64,000 bases of DNA from Lama glama. Taxonomy: Eukaryota. The first letter of the stretch is position 1. Each line of letters begins with the position of its first letter. The notes beneath the pieces are model-generated. The model was not told the origin of the DNA, ran no database searches, and worked only from the letters and a program-made list of their open reading frames with translations. Both the position numbers and the translations under genes were made by a program. The DNA lies in assembly GCA_028534125.1 (NCBI GenBank), contig CM052832.1, positions 6,326,001 through 6,390,000 on the forward strand, in the 5' to 3' direction. Shown here in pieces: positions 1 through 13,160 of the stretch.

Positions 1-1024
1 TTGTTTTCATTATAAATTGAGTGGTACGAGCACAGGGTGTTCCTACCAACAGACGGGACCGTGGGTGAGAGAGGAATTGCTCCTCAGGGAGGCGAAGGGA
101 CAGTCACCCTGACGACGTCCAGGTCTGTGTCAAAGCCAACTGCGCCTCACGACCCGGCGCAAGCAGGAAAAAGACAGCATTTTCAAAGATGCTTTAACCC
201 AGGAGCGGACTCTGACAGCAAGATGTTTTTTAAGGCAAGGTGTATCCAAGTCAAGTTCCCCTACTCTGTCACTCTTTCTTGAAGTATCATGGTTGGCAAA
301 CTTTCCTTTCTCCCAGGGCTGCCTACCTCTGCCAGCAGACATTCAGAGCTATCTTGCAATAACTTTCCAAAGCCGCCAGCCTGCAAAGTTCTTTTAGTGT
401 CCTTTACCCGACCTGAATTTCCGGTTTCCTCCTATGCTGTCTTCCTTCCTCCCCAACGTAGCTGGTGTCATTCATCTTACATTATACTAATCCACTCACG
501 TTACCCTCAAAGGAGCCAAAACTCATAACAGAGACAACAGGTGTATTTTGGAGGCATCTTCAAAGTGCCAATCTGGGCAGAACTCTAGCAGGACAGCAAA
601 GACAAAGACAATCCCAAATCCACGCATGCAACAGTTATTACAACAAAAACGTCTCTTTTCTGCAGAAATAACCATAGCTAACACTTAACACAAGCTCACT
701 ATGTGCCAGGCACTGTTATAAGCATTTCCATCTCCCTAGCAATTCTGAAGTAGGTATTATTATGAGCCTGATTGCACAGATGAGAAAATTGGGGCATAGA
801 AAGATTAAACAGCCGGTTAAGTTTCTGAGGAGCTACTAGTGGGCTGATCTGGAGTCCATACCCTTAACCCCAAGCTACCCTAGGTTTTTAAGACCCAAGT
901 GTTTTTTCCACTATGTATGTTTAATATTGTAGGTTTTAGTGTAAAAAAGAATCTGGAATATCTTTGTCCATTTCCTATAGGAAAAGTCAATACCACAAAT
1001 ATTTAGCATAAGAAATTTGGAATA

Positions 1025-1245
1025 TAGTTGAGCCTTGAACAATGCAGGGGTCAAGGTGCTGACCCCCTTGCAGTCAAAAATCCGTGTGTAACTTTACTGT
1101 CAGCCCTTCATATCCGGGTTCCACGTACAAAGAGTCAACCAGCCAACTGTGGATCATGTAATAAACCAGTGTGTATTTAGTGAAAAAAAAAATTGGCATG
1201 TAAGTAGACACATACACTTCAAACACAGTTTTCAAGGAACAACTA
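1025..1245. mobile_element. MER8-like Tigger (Tc1/mariner) non-autonomous DNA transposon
   Basis: Degenerate terminal inverted repeats TAGTTGAGCCTTGAACAA ... TTTTCAAGGAACAACTA flanked by TA. About 220 bp, with an interior resembling the recalled MER8 consensus. Confidence 0.8.
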
Positions 1246-2397
1246 TATTCTGAAATATGATTTAAGCTACTTGGCTGGGTGCACATATGTTTTAATATTT
1301 TTATTTTATTGATTTATTTGGCCACAGGTAGTATTTTATATAGAATCAAAAGATTTATTTTTCGTGGTGATTTTCTCTAGAAAATGCGATTAGAACTGGG
1401 TTAAATCAGAAGGCCCTTTACTGTGCCACTAACAGTAAATCCAGAGGGAATGTCCATCCACAGTCGGCCACGTGTCCAAGCACACCCCAGGGTCCAGCAA
1501 GGAGAATGAGATCACTGGGCTTTAGGCCAATCACAACGTGCCCCTCTGAGTGCTGAGCCAGGGCTGGGCTGGCAGCGAGGAGGAGGTGGGGGCCAGCTGT
1601 AGGCGGGCATCCGTCAACATCCCCCGTGATGGCGTGGAGTGGGCTGGACGCAACACTTGAGAATCAGTACCAAGAAACAGAATAATAACATTTTGAAAGC
1701 TCCTTCTCCTTTTGCTAAAATACCTCACTTGGTCACCAGCCTGGGGACACTGATGGTTGCTGGCACGCCTCCAGGCAGTAGCTCTGGCTGAAAGGGAAGG
1801 CTGGCAGGGATGAAGGGAGATGGTGTGTAACAGGCAAGGCGTGGGGGGAGCTTGGCAGGTTAGAGCTGAGGTCTCCTGTTCTGGAGTCCTTCCTCTAAGC
1901 TCAGCTTTTCTCAGAGCCTTTATAAGCTCAGCAGTATTATTATTTCACTTTGACACGTAATAAAACAGCCTCAGTGAGGTCTCGTGATGTGTACAAGGTC
2001 ACAGAAATAGAAATCAGCAGCCCTGTGGTTTGAACCCCTGCAGTCTGACTCTGGGTCCTTGCACTGACACATGGTCCTGACTCTAAGAGGGCTTCTCTCA
2101 GTGCAGGCTGAGGACAGCCTGCGCCACATTCACCTGGAGGACGTTCAATGCAGATTCCTGGGCTCCAGGATGGGCCCCACTCGCCAAACTTTCTGTGGGC
2201 AGGGCTTCAGAGCGGGAAGACAATGAGTAGCCCTGATAGTGAAGTTTAAGAACAACTGTACGATAATCTGTGCCTTCCCACCTGTGTTCTCACCTTGGGC
2301 AAGTCACAGCTTCTCCTTGAACCTCAGTTTCCTCACTTGTAAAATGAGAATGGGTAGATTCCTTCCAGCTCAAAAACTCTGATTCTAATTCTTCTTT

Positions 2398-2657
2398 TTT
2401 TTTTTTTAACATTTTTTTATTGAGTAATAGTTATTTTACAATGTTGTGTCAAATTCCAATGTAGAGCACAATTTTTCAGTTATACATGAACATACATGTA
2501 TTCATTGTCACACATTTTTTTTGCGATGTGAGCTACCACAAGATCTTGTATATATTTCCCTGTGCTATACAGTATAATCTTGTTTATCTAGTCTACATTT
2601 TGAAATCCCAGTCTGTCCCTTCCCACTCCCATGGCGACCGCAAGTTTGTATTCTGTG
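2398..2657 (-). mobile_element. 5'-truncated L1 3' end with target-site duplication
   Basis: Poly-T followed by L1 3'UTR-like sequence. Flanking direct repeat TCTGATTCTAATTC(T/A)TCTTT at 2378-2397 and 2658-2677. Confidence 0.85.
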
Positions 2658-3239
2658 TCTGATTCTAATTCATCTTTAAATCCCACAACCTGACGGCAGC
2701 CTGCCAAACTGCCTTTTCCCCTGTATATCCTAATCTTTGAATATTAGTGTTATTTTCAGTGTGACATACAGAATTTATAGTTTGATGCACAAATATTCTG
2801 AGTTTCCCCGGAAATCTGGGAGAACTAGATGCCCCTGAATGTGGCATATTTGAAACGCAGCCCTGTCCAAAGCTCAGGGGTAGGACCAAACAACTCCTTC
2901 AGGTCTTCCCACATTCAGGATTTTTTTTATTCTCTGACTTCTTGGCGCTGCTAGAAATGGAACTCATTGATAATTGTAATTTTCTTTCCACTCTGAAAAT
3001 GCAATGTAAGTAGGTGGATATCTTCGGAAGGTTTAAACTGGGCATCCTACAGCAGTCATGAGCTCAACCCCATTTTGGATTTGCTTTGGTTTCATTTTCT
3101 GATCTTCTTCCCTGGAGGAAGGAAAGGAAGAACTCGGGGCATTGGCCAAACAAGTCTGGCCACTCAGTGGTGAGGTTTCCAGATAAGAAGGATCTGAAGG
3201 ACTTCCAGTGGGCGTGAGGGAAATTGCACATGCCATCCG

Positions 3240-3495
3240 GGGAAGAGGACCAGGAAATCACTCCTAGCTTTCAAACAGCAGCCAGCCATCGGGGGTGGTT
3301 CTGTGAGGCTCGGAGGACCACGACACGGAGGTCAGGGGTGAGGCTGAGCTCGGCTCGGAGCTGCCAGTCCTGCCTGGAGCCCTCCCTCTATCGAGCATGA
3401 GACCGCGGGGTAAACAGCGTCACAGGGGAGACCTGGAAGCTTGTTAGACGTCCGAGCAGAGCAGGCACCGGCCTGGGGACCACCGTGCTGGGCAG
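3240..3495 (+). promoter_or_regulatory. ADGRF5: Candidate promoter and non-coding first exon of ADGRF5
   Basis: Locally CpG-enriched, non-repetitive segment ending in a donor CAG|GTAACG (GT at 3496). ETS-like CAGGAAAT at about 3251 and forkhead GTAAACA at 3410. The first coding exon has a splice acceptor 24 nt before its ATG, so an upstream UTR exon is needed. The transcription start is not resolvable. Confidence 0.55.
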
Positions 3496-4737
3496 GTAAC
3501 GGGCATTTCTCCTACTGCGGTCTGTCTCCCTTTGCAGCAAGACCTCAGGGGCACCTAAGTCACTCTGACACGCCTTTCGAGGCGTCTTCTGATTCCGACA
3601 TTCTGCCTGATTTTCTTTTAGGTCACTGTGACACCTATGGAGGAGTGTAAAGCCTGTCAGGTCAAGGGCATCGTGTATGCAGCCTGTCGGTCAAGTGGAT
3701 GAAACTGCGTTTAGGGAGACCGAGTGTCAGGCAGCTAGCTGGGATCCTTTAGGATTTCCTCTATCATAAAGAGAGCTTTCTTTTCCTTTTTCTTTCCTTT
3801 GAAATGAGTTTTCTGATCCCTGAGCCAGAAAATATACCATGAAGACCAGAGCGTTCGATTGTGAATTGCAGTGTGAGTGTTTCCGTGCCAGGCAGCCTCG
3901 TTGTGGCTGTGCTGATGGATGGGGAGGGTATAGCGGGACGGGGGTCGTGGACATGGGTTATCCCCAGCCACCAGGCAGTGCTGGGAATGTGCAGTGTAGG
4001 CTGCAGCCCCCTACCCAAGACTGAGTGGAAGCGGGTTTGCGTGTCAGTGCTGGGAAGGAGAGCAGAAGAAGAGCTGGGATTAAGAGGAAGCAGACTTCCC
4101 TGGAGGGTTCTAGAAGGGCAGACGTGACCTACGATGTGTGGTTTGCTTAAGCCATGTTTTCTCAGACTTTGTAGAAAGCCAGGCTACACCGCTTTACTGC
4201 AGCTCAGTGTTTCTCTTCATAAAGGGCTAGTTTGAGGACTTTGATTTTTGAATTATGCAAGTAACACATGACTGTCTTCGTCCTGTGATAGAATACGTCT
4301 CACAGGTTTTCAAGTCCAGCACACCCCATATGCAAAGTTAGCCCACCTATAGTTTGCTGTGTATCTTACCAATTATATGATTTATTTTTCTGTCTTCTGA
4401 GCTCTTAGGACAAGCCAGGGCGCATAGGAGGACAATAAATTCTCATTGTCAGATTCGTGTATTAATCCTTAGCACCACCTTCCTCTCGCTGGAAAGCAAA
4501 AATGATCCATGGGGAAGGTGAACACCTCTTGTAACACTTAGCAAGATCTGGAAGTGTTTTATTCATTTTCGCCATTATTATTTTTGTGTTGGTTTTAGCT
4601 TTGGCAATTAATAATATTAATAACAACGTCCCATGGATTAATTTAAACTCTAGATTCTCCAACTAATAGTTTAGGTTTCTGTCTTGAAGGCCATCAAAGA
4701 CAGCCTTGCTACAGGAGATAAAAGAAAATTAACTGGA

Positions 4738-4775
4738 CAGATAGATAGATAGATAGACAGACAGATAGATGATAG
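4738..4775. repeat. (GATA/GACA)n microsatellite
   Basis: Directly visible. Confidence 0.9.
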
Positions 4776-4904
4776 CTAGCCTGCTAGATTAAATGCTTGG
4801 CCCAGGGAAGATGGGGAGAGAGTAGGAAAGATTCCTTCTTTATTTAATGGGTAATAAATGTGTTTAACACATGGGTTCACTTTCTATTTCCTTTAAAAAT
4901 ATTT

Positions 4905-5046
4905 TATTTATTTATTGTTTTGCTTTGGGGGAAAATAATTAGGTTTATTTATTTACTTATTTATTTTAATGGAGGCACTGGGGACTGAACCCAGGACCTT
5001 GTGCACACTAAGTACGCACCCTACCACTGAGCTGTGCCCTCCCCCT
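4905..5046 (-). mobile_element. tRNA-derived SINE, camelid Vic-1-like
   Basis: Reverse complement carries A-box/B-box-like AGCTCAGTGGTAG and GGTCCTGGGTTCAGTCCCC, with an AT-rich tail. Confidence 0.8.
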
Positions 5047-6339
5047 CATTTGCTATTTCTTTTGGCCTTCTGTAAAAAGGTGTCCTTTTATTCCCCCCCC
5101 CATGCATTGTTATGAGACAAATGAATAAGAAAAAAATCACTGTGAACTTGTCAGTATTGGATTTGGAAAGAAGGTGCATAACCAATGTCATATCCAAGAA
5201 TAACTACAAAATACTTTCAGTTGCTATTTGGTATTTTCCAGCTCTTTCCAAGGTTTCTCTGCCCCAAACCAGAGGGTTCATTTGCCCGGCTGATTCTGGA
5301 CATTCTGTGGTGCTTTCTTGACCATCCCGTTAAGTTTGCCTGCCTTGACTCTTTTTCCGAGTCCTGGAGAGTTCTGATTAGACATTTCACCCTGTTGCAC
5401 AGTGCTAGCCGCTGGCAGAGACTTCGTCTTCCTTCACCACATCACAGGTGAAGCAGGTAGCGTGTTCTCATTTCACGGAACACAAAAATGAGAGGCTCAT
5501 GGGTTGAGCTGTTTGCCCAGCATTATGCAACGAATCTTTTGGGGGCCCTGAGATGAGCAGCCCAGATCTCTGACTTTCCCACCCCATTCTTGGTTGGGAA
5601 AATGTGAGGATAAAAGTCTCATGGAATAGAGAATTAATGGAATAGGCTGGATTCTGTCAGCTTTGTAGCAACATGGATTCCCAGTTTTGCAGAAATTCTA
5701 TTAATAGATAAAATTACTGCCTGGTCCAGATTTTAGCAGGTTAGAACACCTCCTGTCTAATCCGTATGACCCCAGAAACTCGACACAAAGGAAACAATGC
5801 CCAGACACTTCCCTGGAACAACTGAGTCAGACTCTCGGGGGAAGGGACCTGGACATGGTTTTTCGTTTGCCTAAATTGAGAAGCAGAAGCAATGCCGGTT
5901 CATGTAAACGGAGAAGTTGGGGCCAGCAGCACCCGCAGCGGTGAGCATCGTGTATTTAGATCCTGGCTGCTGCCATTCATGAGAGGAACAGCCCCCTTTC
6001 ACGTCCGCAGGTGAGGACACAGAGGTGGCTCCATCTCCCCCAGACAACAGCCCTGCCTTTTGAGTTTAAATCAGAAACAACCTCACTGGCATCCTTGCAG
6101 ATTCATTGGCTCCTTGTTCCTTGCAGAGTTTACAAAATCAGATTAAATGTTCTCGGTAAACAGGATGTGCTCTTCCACTGCCAAACGGCCATGGGGGTGG
6201 GGGGGCCGTCATACATTTCAGTCAAAGCCATTTGAACAGGTTGTGTCTCAATTCCAAGAAAAAGAAAGATTAATTATCCTCTGCATCATCCGCCACTTTC
6301 TGGATTGATCCATAGATGGATAGACAATAAATCAGGGCT

Positions 6340-6426
6340 TTTTTTTAAAAGAGAAATTTAATTGAAGTAGAGTTGATTTACAGTGTTGTGTTAGTTTATG
6401 GTGTATAGCATAGTAATTCAGTTTTT

Positions 6427-6457
<31 letters not shown>

Positions 6458-6568
6458 CTGTATTCATTTTCCTATTCTTTTTCATTATAAGCTATTACAA
6501 GATATTGAGTGTAGTTCCCTGTGCTGTACAGTAGGATCTTGTCATTTGGCTGTTTCATATATAGTTTT
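6340..6568 (-). mobile_element. L1 3' end fragment (L1MA-like) with internal (TA)n(TG)n
   Basis: ttgaagtagagttgatttacagtgttgtgttagttt... is typical of an antisense L1 3' terminus. Confidence 0.75.
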
Positions 6569-7884
6569 TAGTCCCTAGGGCTGTTTTTTAATCATAAGAC
6601 GTGCCCCTAGAATTTCTCCCCCCTCCCGACATTTCTCAGTACAGTCCAAATTAGTACTGGCCATTGCTATAATCTTTGTTTCCTTTCTTGGGGGTCCTGG
6701 GAAGGGCCCTTTGAGCCTCCGTTTCCCAGGCGCCTGCCAGCTTCAGCACAGAGTGGGTAATGCAGGAAAGATTGCTGCATTCAATCTCTGCGGGGACACT
6801 ATGAATTCACAAGGCATTTGCCAGCTCAGCACTTCAGCTCCCATTGTGTGATTCTAGTGATGATGGTTGAAATAATTAGAAATTTATCTGTTCCCTAAAA
6901 GATAACCACAAAAGTGAAACCTTTAAAGTCCCAGTTGCGTGGAAGCCTCTACCAAATAGACATGGGGAAAGCAGTGGACTCAGGAAGGCAGAGATTCCGC
7001 TCCTTTAATTAGCTTCTGCTCTTCATGGGGAGGCGAGGCACAGGCACTGGGGATTTTAATCGTAACATTCATGTAACATTTAATCGTCAGCTAATATTTA
7101 CTGAGCCCTCGTTCTGTGCCAGGCACTGTGTTCAGTGCTTTACAAAGATAGTTAAGTCAATGAGTTATTCCAATAATCCTATATCTCAGGTACTATTATA
7201 ATACCTATTTTTTAGATGAAGGACACACAGTTTTAAGTTACGTTGCCGGAGGCACACAAAGCTGGCAAGCAGTGAAGTTGGGATCCCAGCCCAGGCAGTC
7301 AGACTTACCAGTCCATTTGCCTAATGACTGTGTTATGCTGCAAAAACCACCTGAGTGCTGCAAAAAAGATCCACATGACAGGGCCAGAGGGGTGGCTGAG
7401 GGGAGGGGTGCAGGGCATTCCAAAGAAAGATGTATCTCTCGAGGACAGGAGAAGAGGCAGTGTGCTATAAAGGGTCAGAGTTCAGATTTGGCAACAGACT
7501 CACTGTGTGACCTGAGGTGTGTGATTTAATTTCCCCAAGTCTCAGTTTCTTCATCTGTAACGTGAGGATACTGATAGTTCTAACAATATAGGATTAAAGG
7601 ATTAAGTGAGCCTGGTGCAAAGCACTTAGTCCGATGCCTGGTGTACAGTGAGGGCTTGATAAATGATAGCAATTATCTTTGTTACCAAGTGAATAAGCAA
7701 GACCTGAAATAACGAGGAAATCTCAGAAAGGAGGACTGAGGCGTTTCAGTTGCCGAGAATAGTATGAGAAGAAGCTGGGAGGTAGCAATCCATTCAACCC
7801 ATGTTTATGATGAATAGTTATGACACATTTTGCAAAAGAAGGTATAAAAAAGCTTGTAAGTCAGCCTGCCTGTTCTGTATCCAG

Positions 7885-8316
7885 GTTTATTTATTTATTT
7901 TTAACACCTTTATTGTGGTATGGTTCCTGTACAGTTAACTACACATATTTCAGATGTACAATTTGATGAATTTTGATAGATGTCTACACCAATGAAACCA
8001 CTACCACAATCAAGATAGCTAAAGAACACTTCCATTATTCCCCAAGAAGGGCAATTTTCAAATCCCCAATTTATCCCTTCCCACCCCCTTTACCACCTGG
8101 TAACCATAAGTTTGTTCTCTGTCTGTGAGTCTGCTTCTATTTTGTAGAAAAGTTCATTTGTGTCCTTTTCTTTTTTCTTAAGATGCCACATATAAGTGGT
8201 ATCATATAGTAGCTTTCTTTCTCTTTCTGGCTTACTCCACTTAGAATGATGATTTCCAGTTCCATCCATGTAACTGCAAATGGCAGTATTTTATTCTTTT
8301 TTATGGCTGAGTAGTA

Positions 8317-8370
<54 letters not shown>

Positions 8371-8390
8371 ACATCTTCTTTATCAGTCAT
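7885..8390 (-). mobile_element. L1 3' UTR fragments with (TA)n at about 8320-8367
   Basis: ggtaaccataagtttgttctct..., cttactccacttagaatgatg... and ttttatggctgagtagtattc L1 motifs. Confidence 0.75.
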
Positions 8391-10173
8391 TTATTCCATG
8401 CAAATGAATCCAGGTTTAAAGGAAGAAAAATGTGGCAGGGCTCAATTTACCTTAGGTGGTGGTGACCATGCTCGCCAGGTGAATTAGCCCAAATATTCTC
8501 TGGGCATTTGAGAATGTTTAAAGTATTTGAATATGATATAGTAGCAATCTATGGAAAGTAGTGTTCTAGGAAAATTAATCAGCTGATGCTGCAATTGGAG
8601 ATGATAATATCCAAACCAATATGGCGGCCAAGGAAAAGAAAACAAAGGCGGTGGAGGTGTTCACAGGACTCAGTGACTGGCTGAGTTGCTGCAGCCCCTC
8701 CTGCCTCGATTCTTGTGTCCAGGAATATATGTGAGGTTGTAAGCCTGGGAAACTGAAAATGAAACCAGTAGTTGGCAGTTCTGGGAAGGGACAAGAAATG
8801 CATTAGTCCCGCTGAGCTGAATTTAGACCCAGGTGGAAATAGTCCAGTTGGAGAGATGCTCCTAATATTTGGCAAAGAGATCAAGGATGAAATAAAGTTT
8901 GAGGAATTCTCACGTAAACTGATCATTAAAACTAAAGAAGTGGACTAACTTTTTAAGAGGAAGGGTGTCAAGAGAGATTATCCAAGGGCCCAGCAGAGGC
9001 TTGGCGGGCTCACTGGGACATGTTACAAGATGAGGAAGATGGAATCACAGGAGGAGGGAAAGGAGCAAAAACTGGAGTAAGGAGCGACCCCAAGGGAAGA
9101 AAGGGGGGAGGCGTTAAATGTTGTCTGAAACCTATGAGAAACCAGGGAAGACAAGGACAAGTGAAGAATGTCACACTTGATAAAACACTTTTCATAATAA
9201 GGTGAGGACTAAAGTCAGACTGCCCAGATTAAGGAAATCTTGGAATGGCCACGACTTCTCAGGGTATTGTATTTGGGGGGAAAAAATAACAATTTTTCCA
9301 CTTTAAGTAGCACACACACATTGTTCTTAAAAATCTAACAAGATGCCTTGGGAGGGAAATGGAAATTCAAGAGAAGTGAGGTCACTGGCCACAGACACCA
9401 ATGCCTGCTGTCAGGGAGATGGAGTGAGCGAGGGCCGGGGAAGGAGGGATCACAGAGGGCTAAGATGGTCCTGCCAAGTATTAAAATGTTGGAATAGCTT
9501 AAACCACGTGGTAAATAAATAACTTCTGCCCCGAGCTCCTGGAGTGCCCAGAGTGCCCCCTACCACCTCTGCCTCCACCACCCAGCCTCGACCTCCTGCA
9601 GACCTCCCCACTCTCCAGCAATGAGAGCCCCTGGGGTTCTCTGCTCTTGCAGTGACAAGCGGCTGCTCTGATTGGTCCACTACCGCTGTCATTAAAATAC
9701 TCAGTATTATTTTGAATCTCATCTCGTAAAGCATAGAACCACAGAATTTTAAGGCTGGGGGCCACGCCCAAGCCCTCTGAGGCTCTAGACAGCCGTGCAG
9801 CCAACCCCAGGGCCACCTCCAAGGCAATCGGCGTGCACCCCTGGCATTGTTTTGCGAGGTTTTAGGGAAACCCGTCCACGTGGTAAATGAAAGCAGCAAG
9901 ATGGATGAGATAAGAGCAGAGTTTGGAACTTAATGTTTTCACCGCGATGGCAATCTCTCGCTTAAAGGTTAAAATCCTGCAGTGATTTACAACAAGGAAA
10001 GAAAGATAAAAAGTTATCAACGCCGCACACATGGGCCGTGTGTTTTGGAAAGCTTGACCCCATTGTGTACAAACAAATGTTCCTCTGTAATCTGATAGGA
10101 CTGAGCCACCCTCACACAATGCTGCTACAGGACCTTGTTTTAAGGCAAAGGAGAATTAAATAGGGGGAAAAAA

Positions 10174-10673
10174 NNNNNNNNNNNNNNNNNNNNNNNNNNN
10201 NNNNNNNNNNNNNNNNNNNNNNNNNNNNNNNNNNNNNNNNNNNNNNNNNNNNNNNNNNNNNNNNNNNNNNNNNNNNNNNNNNNNNNNNNNNNNNNNNNNN
10301 NNNNNNNNNNNNNNNNNNNNNNNNNNNNNNNNNNNNNNNNNNNNNNNNNNNNNNNNNNNNNNNNNNNNNNNNNNNNNNNNNNNNNNNNNNNNNNNNNNNN
10401 NNNNNNNNNNNNNNNNNNNNNNNNNNNNNNNNNNNNNNNNNNNNNNNNNNNNNNNNNNNNNNNNNNNNNNNNNNNNNNNNNNNNNNNNNNNNNNNNNNNN
10501 NNNNNNNNNNNNNNNNNNNNNNNNNNNNNNNNNNNNNNNNNNNNNNNNNNNNNNNNNNNNNNNNNNNNNNNNNNNNNNNNNNNNNNNNNNNNNNNNNNNN
10601 NNNNNNNNNNNNNNNNNNNNNNNNNNNNNNNNNNNNNNNNNNNNNNNNNNNNNNNNNNNNNNNNNNNNNNNNN
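10174..10673. other. Assembly gap, 500 N
   Basis: Run of exactly 500 n, probably a placeholder length. Confidence 1.
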
Positions 10674-12069
10674 CTCCCCTTTTATTTTTAGCTAACTTCA
10701 ACTTATGCTTCAGATCTTAGCTCAATTAAATACTTCCTCTGGGACACCTTCCTTGAATTCCCAAAACTAGGTCATGTCCTTCTATGAACAAGCTTTATTG
10801 GACAGTTTGGCACTGTGGTTAGAAGGATGGGCTCTGCCACTAACAAGCTGTGTGATTTGGGGCAAGTTATTGAAGCCTCCTATGGCTCAGTCAATTTGTT
10901 ATTGGACTATTAATTAATACCAATTAAATCCTATGATGACCATTTTGTTGGGATTATTGTGAGGATTAAAGAATTTAATAGAGCCAATGCTCAAGTCAGC
11001 GCCTGGCATGTAATAAATGTTCAGTAACTCTTAGTATTATGATGATTCTCCTTGGTAGCACTTTCACATTCATAGTTAAACAATGAATTGAAAATTAATT
11101 CTTTAATAATGCTCATCTATTCCCTTCAACTCTAAGCTCCATGGAGTCAGGGACCATTTTGTCATTTTCTACTATTACCCCTGTACCTAGTAGAGAACCT
11201 GGCACTTAGCAGGACTTAGTAAATGTTTGTCCAGTGAATGAACATAGAAATGAACCCATGAGTGAGGGAATAAACAGATGTGTTTCATGCAATACTTACA
11301 GCAATAAATATAATACAAGGAGGAAGACTAAGGGCGTAGATTAACTGTGGGTGTTCAGAGGAGGTTGGGACTATTTGTAGCTGAACATAGCAGGGATTCT
11401 CCAGCCAGGAGGCAGTCCTTTGCAAAGGCATTGAAGGGTGGATAGAATTTGAAAATGTAGTCATTATCCCGAAGCTAAGGGGCAGGGGAAAAAATGGATT
11501 AAGAAACCAAGAAAATGACAGGATTATTTTGGTTTTGCCAAGCCCTGAAAAATAGTTTGACAGTAATAACTACTCTTCCCCACCCCAGGATAAAGTCTCA
11601 AAGATCAGTTTTTATATTTTGACTTTGGGGTGAACACTGGAAAATCTCTCACCCTTATTTTAAATTATGAAAAAATAACCAGCTGCAGTAGCAAAACTAT
11701 GATAGAGGCTTCTTAAATACGACAGCTCTGAAAAATAAAATCCGGGTCATGGAGGGCCTTGAGCATCAGTGAAAGTGATTGCCTTTGTTCTGAAAGCAGT
11801 GTGGAGAGGAACGGAGGTAACACTTGCAAAGTGCTTCGGAAGATCAGTGTTGTGTTCATGTGGATGGTGGGTCAGAGAGGAGGCATCAAGCCATCGCAAT
11901 GGTGCGCATGAGGGGCACTGAATGCCTGGACTGTGTGGGAAATCAGAGGTGGGGTAAATAAATGCAAGAGATAGTTACGATTAGGCTCAGAAACCCAAGT
12001 GAGGTTACCATGGATTCTGGAGAGAGCCTAGCACCATGTCTGAAACAGAGCCAGTGAATGACAGGGGTC

Positions 12070-12350
12070 TACCATCATTATCACCATCATCACCACCACC
12101 ACCACCATCATCATCACCATCATCATCACCACCATCACCACTGCCATCATCACCATCACCATAGTAACCATCATTATCACCATCATCACCACCACCACCA
12201 CCAACACCATCACCATCATCACCACCACCACCACCATCATCACCATCACCACCATCATCACCAGTGCCATCATCACCATCACCATAGTAACCATCATTAT
12301 CACTGTCACCACCACCATCACCATCACCACCACCATCATCACTGTTATCA
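12070..12350. repeat. (CAC/CAT)n compound trinucleotide repeat
   Basis: Directly visible. It produces the spurious poly-His, Met/Val and Gly/Asp ORFs. Confidence 0.97.
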
Positions 12351-12774
12351 TTGCTGATAATTATTATCCACCATCCTATCCTAAAATAACTTTCCTGGCT
12401 GTAGAACATTACTATTATCTAGAATTTTAAGAATCCTTGCTTGATCTCTTCAGTCCTGACTGACTCAGCCTCTAACTGCCATTGAGACACACAGCTTTGC
12501 CAGGCCTTCGTTCTCTCATCTAAAAATCTAAGAAGTGTGTGTGTGCTTGTAAGAGGAAGGGGCAAGTACTTGAACAAGAGATGAATTCTAACTCATCTTC
12601 CAGTTTGAACCGTGTATGTTTTATGCTCTATTCAGACACACCAATAATCCATTTTTCAATTTTCATAAAACATCCCCAGAATAAACAGTAAATACTGAGC
12701 AGTAAACCAGAGGGGCACACCCACACTTTCTGAATGATGAAAACTAAAAATATGTATCATCTTTATTGAATTCT

Positions 12775-13160
12775 CTATTAGTTTTCCAGGCATCCCATTA
12801 TAAAGTCGTGAGGACTGGCTGACGTAAACAACAGATACTTATTTTCTCACGATTCTGGAGGCCGGGGGTCTGAATCACGGTGTCAGCAGGGTCGGTGTCT
12901 GGGGAGGCCTCTCTCCCTGGCTTGTAGATGCCACCTTCCTCTGCTGACTTCTGCCGATTTCACGTGGTCCTTCCTCTGCGGAGGTCTGTGTCCTCATCGC
13001 CACTTACAAGGTCACTGGCCATATGGGATGAGGGCCCACCCGCAGGACCTTATTTTAACTTAATTATCTCTTTAAAGACCCAGTCTCCAAAGAAGCTCAC
13101 CTTCTGAGGTGCTGCAGTTGGCAACCGACGTAATAATTCTGCAGAACACAACGTAGCCCT
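12775..13160. mobile_element. MLT1-type (MaLR) solo LTR
   Basis: ttattttctcacgattctggaggc..., ggggaggcctctctccctggcttgtagatg and ttttaacttaattatctctttaaagacc are typical MLT1 motifs. Confidence 0.75.

Noticed and set aside
10156..10701. 181-aa ORF
   Set aside because: Artefact of the N gap
12005..12409. Poly-His, Met/Val and Gly/Asp ORFs
   Set aside because: Translations of the (CAC/CAT)n simple repeat, with no supporting exon context
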